Source of the DNA: a virus
DNA length: 10,965 nt
UHGV virus genome: UHGV-1359962
Strand: one strand, 5' to 3'
Shown here piece after piece: positions 1-7,465 of this stretch. The position numbers and the translations under genes are program-made. Under the pieces are notes generated by a model. That model was not told the DNA's origin, searched no databases, and saw only the letters and a program-made list of their open reading frames with translations. The stretch's first letter is position 1, and each line of letters opens with the position of its first letter.

Positions 1-1347
1 CTTACTGGTCAGTTTGGTGACATGTTAGCCCGTATTGAGGCTGGGGAGTTTCCAGCAAGTACAATTTTGCTAGTTGAGAGTATCGACCGTATAGGCCGAT
101 TAGAGCATCTTGAAACAGAAGCCTTGATGAACCGCATCTTAGGCAACGGGATAGAGATTCACACATTGCAAGATGGCCTTATCTACACAAAGGATGCTTT
201 AGCCGATGACCTTGGCATAAGCATCATCCAGCGTGTCAAAGCCTACATAGCGCATCAGGAATCTAAGCAGAAATCTTTCCGTGTTAGTCAGAAGTGGGAA
301 CAACGTGCAAAACTTGCCCTTGCTGGTGAACAACGTCTTACAAAGATGGTTCCCGGATGGATTGACCCCGATACTTTCAAGTGCAATGAACACGCTGAGA
401 CTGTAAGACTGATTTTCAAGCTGCTGCTAGATGGTGAAAGTCTGCATAACATTGCACGTCACCTACAGGCTAATAACATTAGTTCATTCTCACGGCGTAA
501 AGATGCTAACGGGTTTAGTGTTCACTCTGTGCGTACTATCTTAAGGTCAGAGACAACGATAGGCACACTACCAGCATCACAACGCAATGACCGCCCCGCT
601 ATACCGAACTACTACGAAGCCGCTATAGATGTATCAACGTTCAATAAAGCTCAAGAGATTCTCGATAAAAACCGTAAAGGCCGTACACCTGCAAGTGATA
701 ACCCATTAACGATTAACATCTTCAAGGGATTATTCCGGTGTCAGTGTGGGGCTAGTGTTCACCCTACAGGGACTAAGAATAAGTATCAGGGTGTTTATCG
801 GTGCAATAACCATCTTGACGGTCGCTGTGATGTTCAACCGTTGAAGCGTAAACCGTTTGACCGATGGATGATTGATAATTTTCTGGGGATGATTGACGTG
901 GGGAATGATGGAGAATCAGAGAGGAAGATTGCAGCGTTACAGCATGAGGTTGAAATTGTCACAGCCAGAATCAAGAAAGCTACCGCCCTACTTCTTGAGA
1001 TGGATGATATTGATGAACTAAAAATTCAGCTTAAGGAACTGAACCAGAAGCGCACAGAACTACAGACCACGATTGATAACATGAGGCGTAAGGCTTCACT
1101 CACTGATAAGGAACTACCCCAGCTTAAAGATATTGACCTGACAACTAAAGCGGGTCGTGTCGAGTGTCAATTAATTTTGTCCAAACATCTAAAAGGGCTT
1201 ACATTGGGTAAGGATACGGTAACTGTAACGCTACAGAACGACACTGAAATAACCATACCTACAGACCCGCTACCGCTAAATGATGGAACATCAATCTTTG
1301 AAATTGCTGAGAAAAATCTTTTGAATATTGACACTTTCCAACTGTAG
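1..1347 (+). CDS. Large serine recombinase (integrase/resolvase family), C-terminal ~449 codons; 5' end runs off the window start
   Basis: Frame 1 is open from position 1 to TAG at 1345-1347. Translation shows the end of a serine-recombinase catalytic domain (TILLVESIDRIGR), a recombinase-domain-like block (ETVRLIFKLLLDGESLHNIARHLQANNI ... SVHSVRTILRSETTIGTL), a Cys-rich zinc-ribbon-like motif (FRCQCGASVHPTG...YRCNNHLDGRC) and a coiled-coil-like C-terminus (ERKIAALQHEVEIVTARIKKATALLLEMDDIDELKIQLKELNQKRTELQ). Family assignment is by motif recognition, no search run. Confidence 0.85.
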   Translation, partial: LTGQFGDMLARIEAGEFPASTILLVESIDRIGRLEHLETEALMNRILGNGIEIHTLQDGLIYTKDALADDLGISIIQRVKAYIAHQESKQKSFRVSQKWEQRAKLALAGEQRLTKMVPGWIDPDTFKCNEHAETVRLIFKLLLDGESLHNIARHLQANNISSFSRRKDANGFSVHSVRTILRSETTIGTLPASQRNDRPAIPNYYEAAIDVSTFNKAQEILDKNRKGRTPASDNPLTINIFKGLFRCQCGASVHPTGTKNKYQGVYRCNNHLDGRCDVQPLKRKPFDRWMIDNFLGMIDVGNDGESERKIAALQHEVEIVTARIKKATALLLEMDDIDELKIQLKELNQKRTELQTTIDNMRRKASLTDKELPQLKDIDLTTKAGRVECQLILSKHLKGLTLGKDTVTVTLQNDTEITIPTDPLPLNDGTSIFEIAEKNLLNIDTFQL

Positions 1348-1356
1348 CAATCAATC

Positions 1357-1374
1357 AGGGGGCTATGCCCCCCT
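1357..1374. terminator. GC-rich hairpin between convergent stop codons (1347 plus, 1379 minus); candidate bidirectional terminator
   Basis: GGGGGC (1358-1363), loop TAT, GCCCCC (1367-1372). It sits exactly between the two convergent genes. The flanking T-tracts are weak on both strands, so confidence is limited. Confidence 0.4.
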
Positions 1375-1378
1375 TCTA

Positions 1379-2167
1379 TCAATATCTCTTGTTCGGATTC
1401 ACTGAGTACTTTTTAAGCTTTGAAGCTACCCGACCAGCGTTACTATTAGCATTGGTGACGTTGGTTTTTTCAGCTTCTGTTAAGTCTGAATAGTCCAGCT
1501 TCCAAGCCTTATTACATTTAATCTGAGCATCGAGAATATCATTTCTGATAGCTGGAGCGTAACCGGATACATCGCTAATATCCATTAGCTCTTTGCACGA
1601 TAGCATAGGCGCGTTATTGCGTTCAGTGGTCACGTTACCTGCATTCTTCTTACTGGTCACACCACCGTCATTAGTGGTAGCCGTTTTGCCAGTGGCAGCC
1701 GAAATATCAGTTTGCCCCACAATAGCTTTAAAGTTAATTTCCTGAAAAGTTAGCTGGATTCTCAGGCCGTTTGAAATACCAACATCTTTTGAGGCTTTAA
1801 AGCTCGTAATAATGGAATCATCAATTTTAATCCCATCTTTACAGATGACAGAAATAATCTGCTTCTGGTCACGCCAGTTTTCAAGGGTTTCGATGAAGTT
1901 TTCTACTAATTGACCCTGACGAGTTAATAATAAGCTTCCTTCATAGCCAACTACAACGACACCACTAATAGTGATTGTTCTGGGTGCTCTTTGCACATTA
2001 TCTGTGACAGTTTGCCCTGATTGCATGTTCTGTGTAGTCACCTGCATAGGACTATCAAATTCCATGTTTTCAGTTGCTGATAAGGTTAAGAAGGCATCTA
2101 CATTATCTCTTAAGTGGAAATAGATGCCATCTTTGCCACTGTAACGAATCTGATTAGAGTAAATCAT
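1379..2167 (-). CDS. Hypothetical protein, 262 aa, immediately downstream of the tape-measure-like gene; tail-associated role is possible only by position
   Basis: ATG at 2167-2165 preceded by AAGGAG (complement of 2174-2179) with 6-nt spacing. The ORF-track start at 2188 is a TTG and is less likely. Stop TGA at 1381-1379. No recognisable domain; the sequence has a hydrophobic beta-like stretch ([18 protein letters not shown]) and a Thr/Asn/Gly-rich segment. Confidence 0.6.
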   Translation of the reverse strand: MIYSNQIRYSGKDGIYFHLRDNVDAFLTLSATENMEFDSPMQVTTQNMQSGQTVTDNVQRAPRTITISGVVVVGYEGSLLLTRQGQLVENFIETLENWRDQKQIISVICKDGIKIDDSIITSFKASKDVGISNGLRIQLTFQEINFKAIVGQTDISAATGKTATTNDGGVTSKKNAGNVTTERNNAPMLSCKELMDISDVSGYAPAIRNDILDAQIKCNKAWKLDYSDLTEAEKTNVTNANSNAGRVASKLKKYSVNPNKRY

Positions 2168-2242
2168 TAAATTCTCCTTTGATTTCAAAGGCTTAGTGTA
2201 TTTTAATCATTTTTAACCAAGCCTTTGATATATAAGTATTTT

Positions 2243-2289
2243 CTCTGTTAAGCGTGAGCTACGTAAATTCTATTTTTCAGTGCGGGTAT
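2243..2289. promoter_or_regulatory. Conserved ~45-bp element (CTCTGTTAAGCGTGAGCTACGTAAA ... GGGTAT), copy upstream of the 262-aa gene
   Basis: 25-nt block identical to 4519-4543, followed by a similar ATTTTT..GGGTAT tail. Lies in the 135-bp gap between the TMP-like gene stop (2324) and the 262-aa gene start (2167). Confidence 0.45.
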
Positions 2290-2323
2290 TAACTTTGCTT
2301 TATTCACGTAGAACACCGTTAAA

Positions 2324-4504
2324 TCAATCATCTTCTGGGAATGATGAACTTAATAACGTAGCTTCTGCATATTGGTCGTAGATATTACTGCTAAAGGTCA
2401 TAAAGCTGGTTTCATCTGGTTTAATGGCAACTTCACCACCAAGTGAAACTTTCACAGGCTCCTGAATACGCTTACTTAAAGCAGAGATTTCATCCCTCAG
2501 ACCCTGAATATCTGCACTCGTTAATGATGCATCTTGTTTCATGGTAATTAATTCTGGATGATTGAATCTTGCAATATTCATTGTGGCATTGTTAAACAAT
2601 TCACCCATTGAACTAAAAATCCTGCCCCATCCTTCGTTAATCATATTCGGTTTATTAGGGTCACCAGAATACACAGGATTAAAGTCACTACCCACACCTA
2701 CCCCAGATGGATGCATATTAGCGTTTTTGACTACTTCCTGATTCATAAAATCCAGTGCTTTCTTCAATGCATATAAACCAAGAGTGACACCTCTGATTTG
2801 TGGAATCATTGAAGCTAATGCTAACGCTGTTTCATAACCGTCATCAGCATAACCAATTGCAAGAGCACTACCTACACCACCAGCTACACCTTTCAGTTTT
2901 CCACCACCTTTACCAGTAGCTACCTGACCAGCCACCTGATTAGCTCTTGTACCTAACGTTGTGATTGCTCTTGTCAGGTTCATAACCCCTGTAGTAGCAC
3001 TGAATAGTGTCTTTGCAGATAACGCTATAGCAAGACCTTTGACAAAATTGATAAAACCATCACCGACTTCATCAAGTAGTTTTCGTTTAGTGTCATCAAG
3101 GCTGTAATAGAACTTCTTAGTCTGTAGAATCCAGCCTTCAAGGTGATTGTTAAAGATACGGATGTCATCTACACCAGCTTTAAGCATGTCGATAAGTCCA
3201 CCGATAGCATCACCAGCGATAGAAGAACTCATACCCATTTCACTAAGCAGGTTACTCAGGCTGGATAAGAAGCCGTTTAGCTCATCCTGTGAACCTGAGA
3301 AGATTTTCACCATCGTATCATCCCAGTTGTTAGCCAGTTTCCCTAAAGCTGTCTGAGTGCTCTTAGCGACTTCAGCCCAGCCACCCGCTTTATCAATCAT
3401 CAAGCCCATCTGTTTAGCGACTTTAGGGAGAGTATCACTACTTAAAATCTTCCCGTTTTTCATGGCTGCATCAAGCTCTGTAGCAGTCATACCCAGTGCT
3501 TCAGCGAATAGCTTAAATGCACCAGCCATACGGTCACCTAACTGTCCACGAAGCTCTTCAGCCTGAATCTTGCCCTTAGAAGCCATCTGCTCAAAAGCTT
3601 TCAAAATGCCGTTTAGCTCGTCGTTAGAAAGCCCCATTAAGCGACTCATAGCCGTTGCATTACCAAATAGTTCCTGTGTCTGTTCCTGTGACATAGAACC
3701 CTGAGCACCTGCTGCAAACTTAGCGTAGCTTGACAGCCCTTCAGAGATATTAAGACCTGTCTTGTCTGCTAAATTTCGAATAAATACCTCAGCCTCAGAT
3801 GCTTTATCACCAAGTACAAACTTAGCGGCTCTCTGTGCGGAATCTCGTTTAAGACCTGCATTCATAATGGCCTTGTAAGCGTTAAGAGCACCCATCACAG
3901 AGTAAAATGCACCAGATAATTTAATTGCATTGCTTGCAAGATTATTAAATGCGTCGCTTGTATTATTAATGCTGGTGGTCTTTGTCTGTGACCTGAGTTT
4001 ATTCAACGTTTCACGAAGAGATTGATTTAATTTTGCAAGTTCAGCGTTAAACTTTTCACTTCCAATATTACCAGCCTTGCCGCTTAAACTGTAATATTGT
4101 GCTTTAAACATTTTAGCCATCAGCGGATTAATATCACCAAGCTTAGACATATTCACACTATGCGCTGCTGTGATTGCTCTGTTTCCGCTAATTCGTGGCT
4201 GTCTTGGTTGTTTTGGAGGATTGATAACGTCATTAACCTGACTTGTGAAACGGAAAACTCTAGTGTTTTTTGCTCTAGCTTCCAGACGGTCAAAGGTCTT
4301 ATTAAACTTCCTTTCAAGTTGCCCTAAAGAACTTGTCAGATTGCTGTCAAGTTGCTTGGTATCGACCTTAAACGCTCTATTCAAATTACGTTCAATTCTT
4401 TGTGCTGACTGCAAAGCTGCCTTTTCAACTCTTTGCAAGCCCTTAATAACGTTCTCGCTGAAGCCTAGCTCAACGATAAAACTATCAACTTTAAATTGTG
4501 CCAT
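2324..4504 (-). CDS. Phage tail tape-measure-like protein, 726 aa
   Basis: Long ORF, ATG at 4504-4502, stop TGA at 2326-2324. Predicted helical N-terminal half. The segment MSRLMGLSNDELNGILKAFEQMASKGKIQAEELRGQLGDRMAGAFKLFAEALGMTATELDAAMKNGKILSSDTLPKVAKQM resembles the conserved tape-measure domain as I recall it, and Gly-rich hydrophobic stretches (GQVATGKGGGKLKGVAGGVGSALAIGYADDG) are typical of TMPs. The SD-like GAGGTG lies 11 nt upstream of the ATG, so the exact start is uncertain. Confidence 0.75.
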   Translation of the reverse strand: MAQFKVDSFIVELGFSENVIKGLQRVEKAALQSAQRIERNLNRAFKVDTKQLDSNLTSSLGQLERKFNKTFDRLEARAKNTRVFRFTSQVNDVINPPKQPRQPRISGNRAITAAHSVNMSKLGDINPLMAKMFKAQYYSLSGKAGNIGSEKFNAELAKLNQSLRETLNKLRSQTKTTSINNTSDAFNNLASNAIKLSGAFYSVMGALNAYKAIMNAGLKRDSAQRAAKFVLGDKASEAEVFIRNLADKTGLNISEGLSSYAKFAAGAQGSMSQEQTQELFGNATAMSRLMGLSNDELNGILKAFEQMASKGKIQAEELRGQLGDRMAGAFKLFAEALGMTATELDAAMKNGKILSSDTLPKVAKQMGLMIDKAGGWAEVAKSTQTALGKLANNWDDTMVKIFSGSQDELNGFLSSLSNLLSEMGMSSSIAGDAIGGLIDMLKAGVDDIRIFNNHLEGWILQTKKFYYSLDDTKRKLLDEVGDGFINFVKGLAIALSAKTLFSATTGVMNLTRAITTLGTRANQVAGQVATGKGGGKLKGVAGGVGSALAIGYADDGYETALALASMIPQIRGVTLGLYALKKALDFMNQEVVKNANMHPSGVGVGSDFNPVYSGDPNKPNMINEGWGRIFSSMGELFNNATMNIARFNHPELITMKQDASLTSADIQGLRDEISALSKRIQEPVKVSLGGEVAIKPDETSFMTFSSNIYDQYAEATLLSSSFPEDD

Positions 4505-4518
4505 TGTTCATATTTCAC

Positions 4519-4563
4519 CTCTGTTAAGCGTGAGCTACGTAAAAAATAATTTTTGGTGGGTAT
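4519..4563. promoter_or_regulatory. Conserved ~45-bp element, copy abutting the RBS of the TMP-like gene
   Basis: CTCTGTTAAGCGTGAGCTACGTAAA at 4519-4543 is identical to 2243-2267, and the tail ATTTTTGGTGGGTAT matches ATTTTTCAGTGCGGGTAT. It ends 14 nt from the TMP start codon. Confidence 0.45.
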
Positions 4564-4595
4564 ATCTGTTCAGAAGATTTCACGTAGCACACATA

Positions 4596-4638
4596 CAAAA
4601 AAGGGAGAAACTACCGAATAATATCGATAATCTCTCCC
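4596..4638 (-). terminator. Candidate rho-independent terminator (minus strand) after the 71-aa gene
   Basis: On the minus strand GGGAGAGA (complement of 4638-4631) pairs with TTTCTCCC (complement of 4610-4603) around a 20-nt loop, followed by TTTTTTGT (complement of 4602-4595). The loop is long, so the call is tentative. Confidence 0.4.
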
Positions 4639-4686
4639 CGTGTTATAGATTCGATAGAACCTATCTCATACACCCAACCAATTCTT

Positions 4687-4902
4687 TTAATGCATGACAA
4701 GATAATGTAGTTCCGTTTCACCTATGATTTGAGCATCAGAAGGAATACGGTCGATACACCATTTTGGAATCTTGCGTGTTTTTGGTTTGCGTGAGGTGAT
4801 AATTTGATGTTTGGTTTTAATTCTTAAGACTGGCTTAGTTTGTAACTTTAAGTTTTCACAAACAGACTTAATAGTTTCATAGCGTTCTGTTAAATCAATC
4901 AT
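4687..4902 (-). CDS. Small basic hypothetical protein, 71 aa
   Basis: ATG at 4902-4900 preceded by GAGGTGA with short spacing. It starts 22 nt after the stop of the 234-aa gene (operon arrangement). Lys/Arg-rich middle (KTKHQIITSRKPKTRKIPKW). No domain recognised. Confidence 0.5.
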   Translation of the reverse strand: MIDLTERYETIKSVCENLKLQTKPVLRIKTKHQIITSRKPKTRKIPKWCIDRIPSDAQIIGETELHYLVMH

Positions 4903-4924
4903 TCATCACCTCACATATGCATAA

Positions 4925-5629
4925 TTAAACAGCCTTGCTAAATTCTCGTGGAACACTCAGAAAATCATTGAAGCTGATAATCTGTGCCAACTCTTGACGG
5001 TACTCCTTAGCCAGCGCTTGATGGTCACTAATCAGCTTAGCCAGTCTTGATTTCAGCAAATTAATCTCATTTTCTCTTGCTTTCATCAGTTTCTCTTTGG
5101 CAATTTCTTCAAGCTCAGCTTGTGATTTATCAGCAACAATTAGAGACAGTCGATGTGGTGCTCTGACAGCTCTTTCTGTACGAACAACTCTTTGACCTTC
5201 TGGTAAATCTGCAATCACTTTACCAATCTCTACAGGGTCATACCCCCAACCGTCACGGTCTAGTCGAGAGAAATAAGCATAAGAATTGGTTTGAAGCTCC
5301 ATCAAAATAGCCATTTCGTCAATTTCGTCTTCAAGTTTGGACTGAATTTTCTCGTAAACACTTCTCATTGCTTCTTGAGAGTCTCGAAGGTCTTTGAAAT
5401 ATTTGCGTTGCAGCTTCAGTTTCAAATCAAGCTCACATTCCTCATTCATCGAAAAATCAATTTCAACTCTTGGAATCTCGATTGGTTCTGGTGGAATATA
5501 TGGACCTTTATTTACTTCGTGCGATTCCCGCCAAGCTCTATCAAAAGATTCACGCAAAGTTAATTCGTGAATATCAAGTGCACTTGGTCTGTTCTCAACA
5601 ATCATTTCGTGTTCATTACGAATGGACAT
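4925..5629 (-). CDS. Acidic coiled-coil-like hypothetical protein, 234 aa
   Basis: ATG at 5629-5627 with AGAGGAA upstream; stop TAA at 4927-4925. Charged, heptad-like regions (EAMRSVYEKIQSKLEDEIDEMAILMEL; ELEEIAKEKLMKARENEINLLKSRLAKLISDHQALAKEYRQELAQI). No family recognised. Confidence 0.7.
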   Translation of the reverse strand: MSIRNEHEMIVENRPSALDIHELTLRESFDRAWRESHEVNKGPYIPPEPIEIPRVEIDFSMNEECELDLKLKLQRKYFKDLRDSQEAMRSVYEKIQSKLEDEIDEMAILMELQTNSYAYFSRLDRDGWGYDPVEIGKVIADLPEGQRVVRTERAVRAPHRLSLIVADKSQAELEEIAKEKLMKARENEINLLKSRLAKLISDHQALAKEYRQELAQIISFNDFLSVPREFSKAV

Positions 5630-5877
5630 TAATATTTTCCTCTTCTAAGATAATTTATGTTTCAGTTTTTAAAAAGCACACCTGACAGCCTACGAACTTA
5701 GAAGAGACTTAAAAGCGTTTGCCAAGTATGCTTTTTAAAAGCTGAAAAAAGCCCTAAACATAGGTGATTCGGATATTCATGGAATCATCCTCATCTGTGA
5801 AGGGCTTTGAAGGTTTGCTTTAACGTTAACGAAGTTTCAGGAAAAACTTTCTTTAAAAGCTCTGTTTAAAAACTCTT

Positions 5878-5907
5878 AAAGAAAACGCCCTAATCATGAG
5901 TTAGGGC
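5878..5907 (-). terminator. Rho-independent terminator (minus strand) downstream of the small-gene operon
   Basis: 7-bp stem GCCCTAA (5887-5893) / TTAGGGC (5901-5907) with a 7-nt loop. On the minus strand the hairpin is followed by GTTTTCTTT (complement of 5886-5878). Confidence 0.5.
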
Positions 5908-6208
5908 AAAGCTGTAAGGGTTCAATAATGAATGATTAAGCACTTTTTGATATATAGCCTATCTAGTGGGCTAAATAGGCCATGTAGCGAAAAGCATTGC
6001 ACCTTTCAGAATAACTATCCCTAGATGTAGATGGAATTGTTGAAAGAAATAAGAGAGAATTGCTCTCCCATACTTAAAATTATGGCATATTTAAGGTTAT
6101 TTGTCAACAGCTTTTTAACAGATTGGTAACATTAATTCTTATTTACCGTGTTACCTACCCAGCAACCAACAAATAAACCCAAAGCTGTCCAAGCAATTAT
6201 TAAGCCCA

Positions 6209-6532
6209 TTAATGCACCACCTTCGAATCCGTAACCAAAATATTGTCAGCGTACAAAATTGCTATAGCTGCCTTGAGATATCTTTCAGGGCTAACGCTGT
6301 ATCGGTTCGTTTGCTCGATAACCAATCTTTTCATGTTGCTGTCTTTAATTGGTAGCATCATTCGAGGCTCGTTAAACTCCACCAACTGAATAAAATCTTC
6401 AATTGTTTCTGAGTTATCAGCCATTAGCCTTAACAGCCTGTCAAAGTCAATGCTAACACCTACATCAGTGAAAGCCTGAATCATCATAGCGGTGTCGCTA
6501 TCAACGAAAATCTGTAATTCGTAATTGTTCAT
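6209..6532 (-). CDS. Hypothetical protein, 107 aa
   Basis: ATG at 6532-6530 (MNNYELQIF...) preceded by AAGGAG (complement of 6542-6547). The ORF-track start at 6565 is a TTG 11 codons upstream and less likely. Stop TAA at 6211-6209. Confidence 0.6.
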   Translation of the reverse strand: MNNYELQIFVDSDTAMMIQAFTDVGVSIDFDRLLRLMADNSETIEDFIQLVEFNEPRMMLPIKDSNMKRLVIEQTNRYSVSPERYLKAAIAILYADNILVTDSKVVH

Positions 6533-6550
6533 TTTTAAAATCTCCTTTTT

Positions 6551-6673
6551 ACCAGACCTCCTCAATCGCTCTGTAACGAGCTAAACAGTCTTTTTCAGGG
6601 GTAGCCTGTACAGTGGTATTACCCACCCTAAAATAAGGTAGTTTTTTGCGTTAGAATGCGATTGAGAGCGTCT
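6551..6673. repeat. Copy 1 of a ~100-120 bp paired element with conserved 19-nt and 21-nt end blocks
   Basis: TCAATCGCTCTGTAACGAG at 6562-6580 and AGAATGCGATTGAGAGCGTCT at 6653-6673 are identical to 8230-8248 and 8298-8318. The interior is similar but diverged. Lies in the gap between the HNH-like gene and the 107-aa gene. Confidence 0.6.
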
Positions 6674-6687
6674 GAGAAGCTGTTTTT

Positions 6688-6975
6688 CTAATTTCTCTTA
6701 AAGTCTCGGACTTGCATAAGATTTTTTGGTCTGGTATCGGCTCTGTTACCATTTCGATGGATAATTTGCTTGTTGGATTGATAGCCATGATAAAGGAACC
6801 AGACAACATATTTCACGTAGAAAGTATATCGGCCTATATTAAATGTTTTGTTGCCGTAGTCGTCGGTATTTATCGTGACTGACTCTCCATCAGACCAGTA
6901 CAGGGAATCACTGGATTCATCATAGATAAGGTGTTCTGTAAAATATCGTCTAACATCTTCATGCCAAGGTTTCAT
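6688..6975 (-). CDS. HNH_3-like (homing-endonuclease-type HNH) small protein, 95 aa
   Basis: ATG at 6975-6973 with strong GGAGG 4-5 nt upstream. Motifs LIYDESSDSLYWSDGESV and IHRNGNRADTRPKNL resemble the HNH_3-type nuclease signature (His ... GN ... N-L) as I recall it. Shorter than typical members. Its start overlaps the upstream gene stop (ATGA). Confidence 0.55.
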   Translation of the reverse strand: MKPWHEDVRRYFTEHLIYDESSDSLYWSDGESVTINTDDYGNKTFNIGRYTFYVKYVVWFLYHGYQSNKQIIHRNGNRADTRPKNLMQVRDFKRN

Positions 6976-7187
6976 AAAACCTCCTCACCCCAATAACCTA
7001 ATTCAATCTTGTGACGCTCAAACCATTCCGGTTTAACTGCTGTTTTCAGTACTTCATTTGGGCCAATGGCTTTAATGAAAATATCTTTTGAGTTATGGAT
7101 GTCACCGAATCCGTTTCCTTTAATCAGGAGGTCGGAGATGTGGCGAATCATTTTATCTGTGTGGTATTCAAAGGTAACGCATAGCAT
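6972..7187 (-). CDS. Hypothetical protein, 71 aa
   Basis: ATG at 7187-7185 with GGAGG 4 nt upstream. Start overlaps the stop of the upstream 92-aa gene by 1 nt (TAATG) and its stop overlaps the HNH-like gene start (ATGA), indicating translational coupling. Confidence 0.5.
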   Translation of the reverse strand: MLCVTFEYHTDKMIRHISDLLIKGNGFGDIHNSKDIFIKAIGPNEVLKTAVKPEWFERHKIELGYWGEEVL

Positions 7188-7465
7188 TAAACCTCCATCG
7201 CTAACTTGTGAATCTTAAGACTCAATAGACGGGCAATATCAATTTTAAAGCCGTTAAGTCCCTTCAAAGTATCTAAAGCGTCCTGAGTAATTCGGATGTG
7301 TTTACGACCTTTAGAGACTGGATATCTAAGTAAATCCGACTCAGTAACCTCTTTAGCAATTGCAAGCTGCATAACAGTCTGATGAGGCAAGTTAGTAGCT
7401 CGTTTAATTCTGGCAAGCTCGTTAAAAGCTTCCTCTGAAATACGGGTCAAAGTGTGTTTCTTCAT
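7187..7465 (-). CDS. Hypothetical protein, 92 aa
   Basis: ATG at 7465-7463 with AGAGGAA upstream, directly adjacent to the stop of the 185-aa gene. No domain recognised with confidence. Confidence 0.55.
   Translation of the reverse strand: MKKHTLTRISEEAFNELARIKRATNLPHQTVMQLAIAKEVTESDLLRYPVSKGRKHIRITQDALDTLKGLNGFKIDIARLLSLKIHKLAMEV

Noticed and set aside
199-393. Minus-strand 64-aa ORF inside the recombinase gene
   Set aside because: Antisense to a well-supported recombinase coding region, with no start context.
1167-1382. Minus-strand 71-aa ORF overlapping the recombinase 3' end
   Set aside because: Antisense to the recombinase C-terminus and overlapping the intergenic hairpin. No RBS.
3147-3566. 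Two plus-strand 69-aa ORFs (3147-3356 and 3357-3566) listed in the ORF track
   Set aside because: They lie entirely antisense to the tape-measure-like gene, have no RBS, and show low-complexity Ser/Pro/Ala-rich composition typical of antisense frames of a helical protein gene.
4097-4697. Plus-strand ORFs of 76 aa (4097-4327) and 150 aa (4245-4697)
   Set aside because: Antisense to the 5' end of the TMP-like gene and its upstream region. No convincing RBS, and Leu/Ser/Cys-rich composition. The 150-aa frame runs through the conserved upstream element and the terminator-like hairpin.
5291-5685. Plus-strand ORFs of 90 aa (5291-5563) and 71 aa (5470-5685)
   Set aside because: Antisense to the 234-aa gene. 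Phe/Asn/Leu-rich low-complexity translations and no RBS.
6215-6235. tRNA T-arm-like string TTCGAATCC
   Set aside because: No acceptor stem or anticodon arm can be built around it, and it lies inside the coding region of the 107-aa gene.
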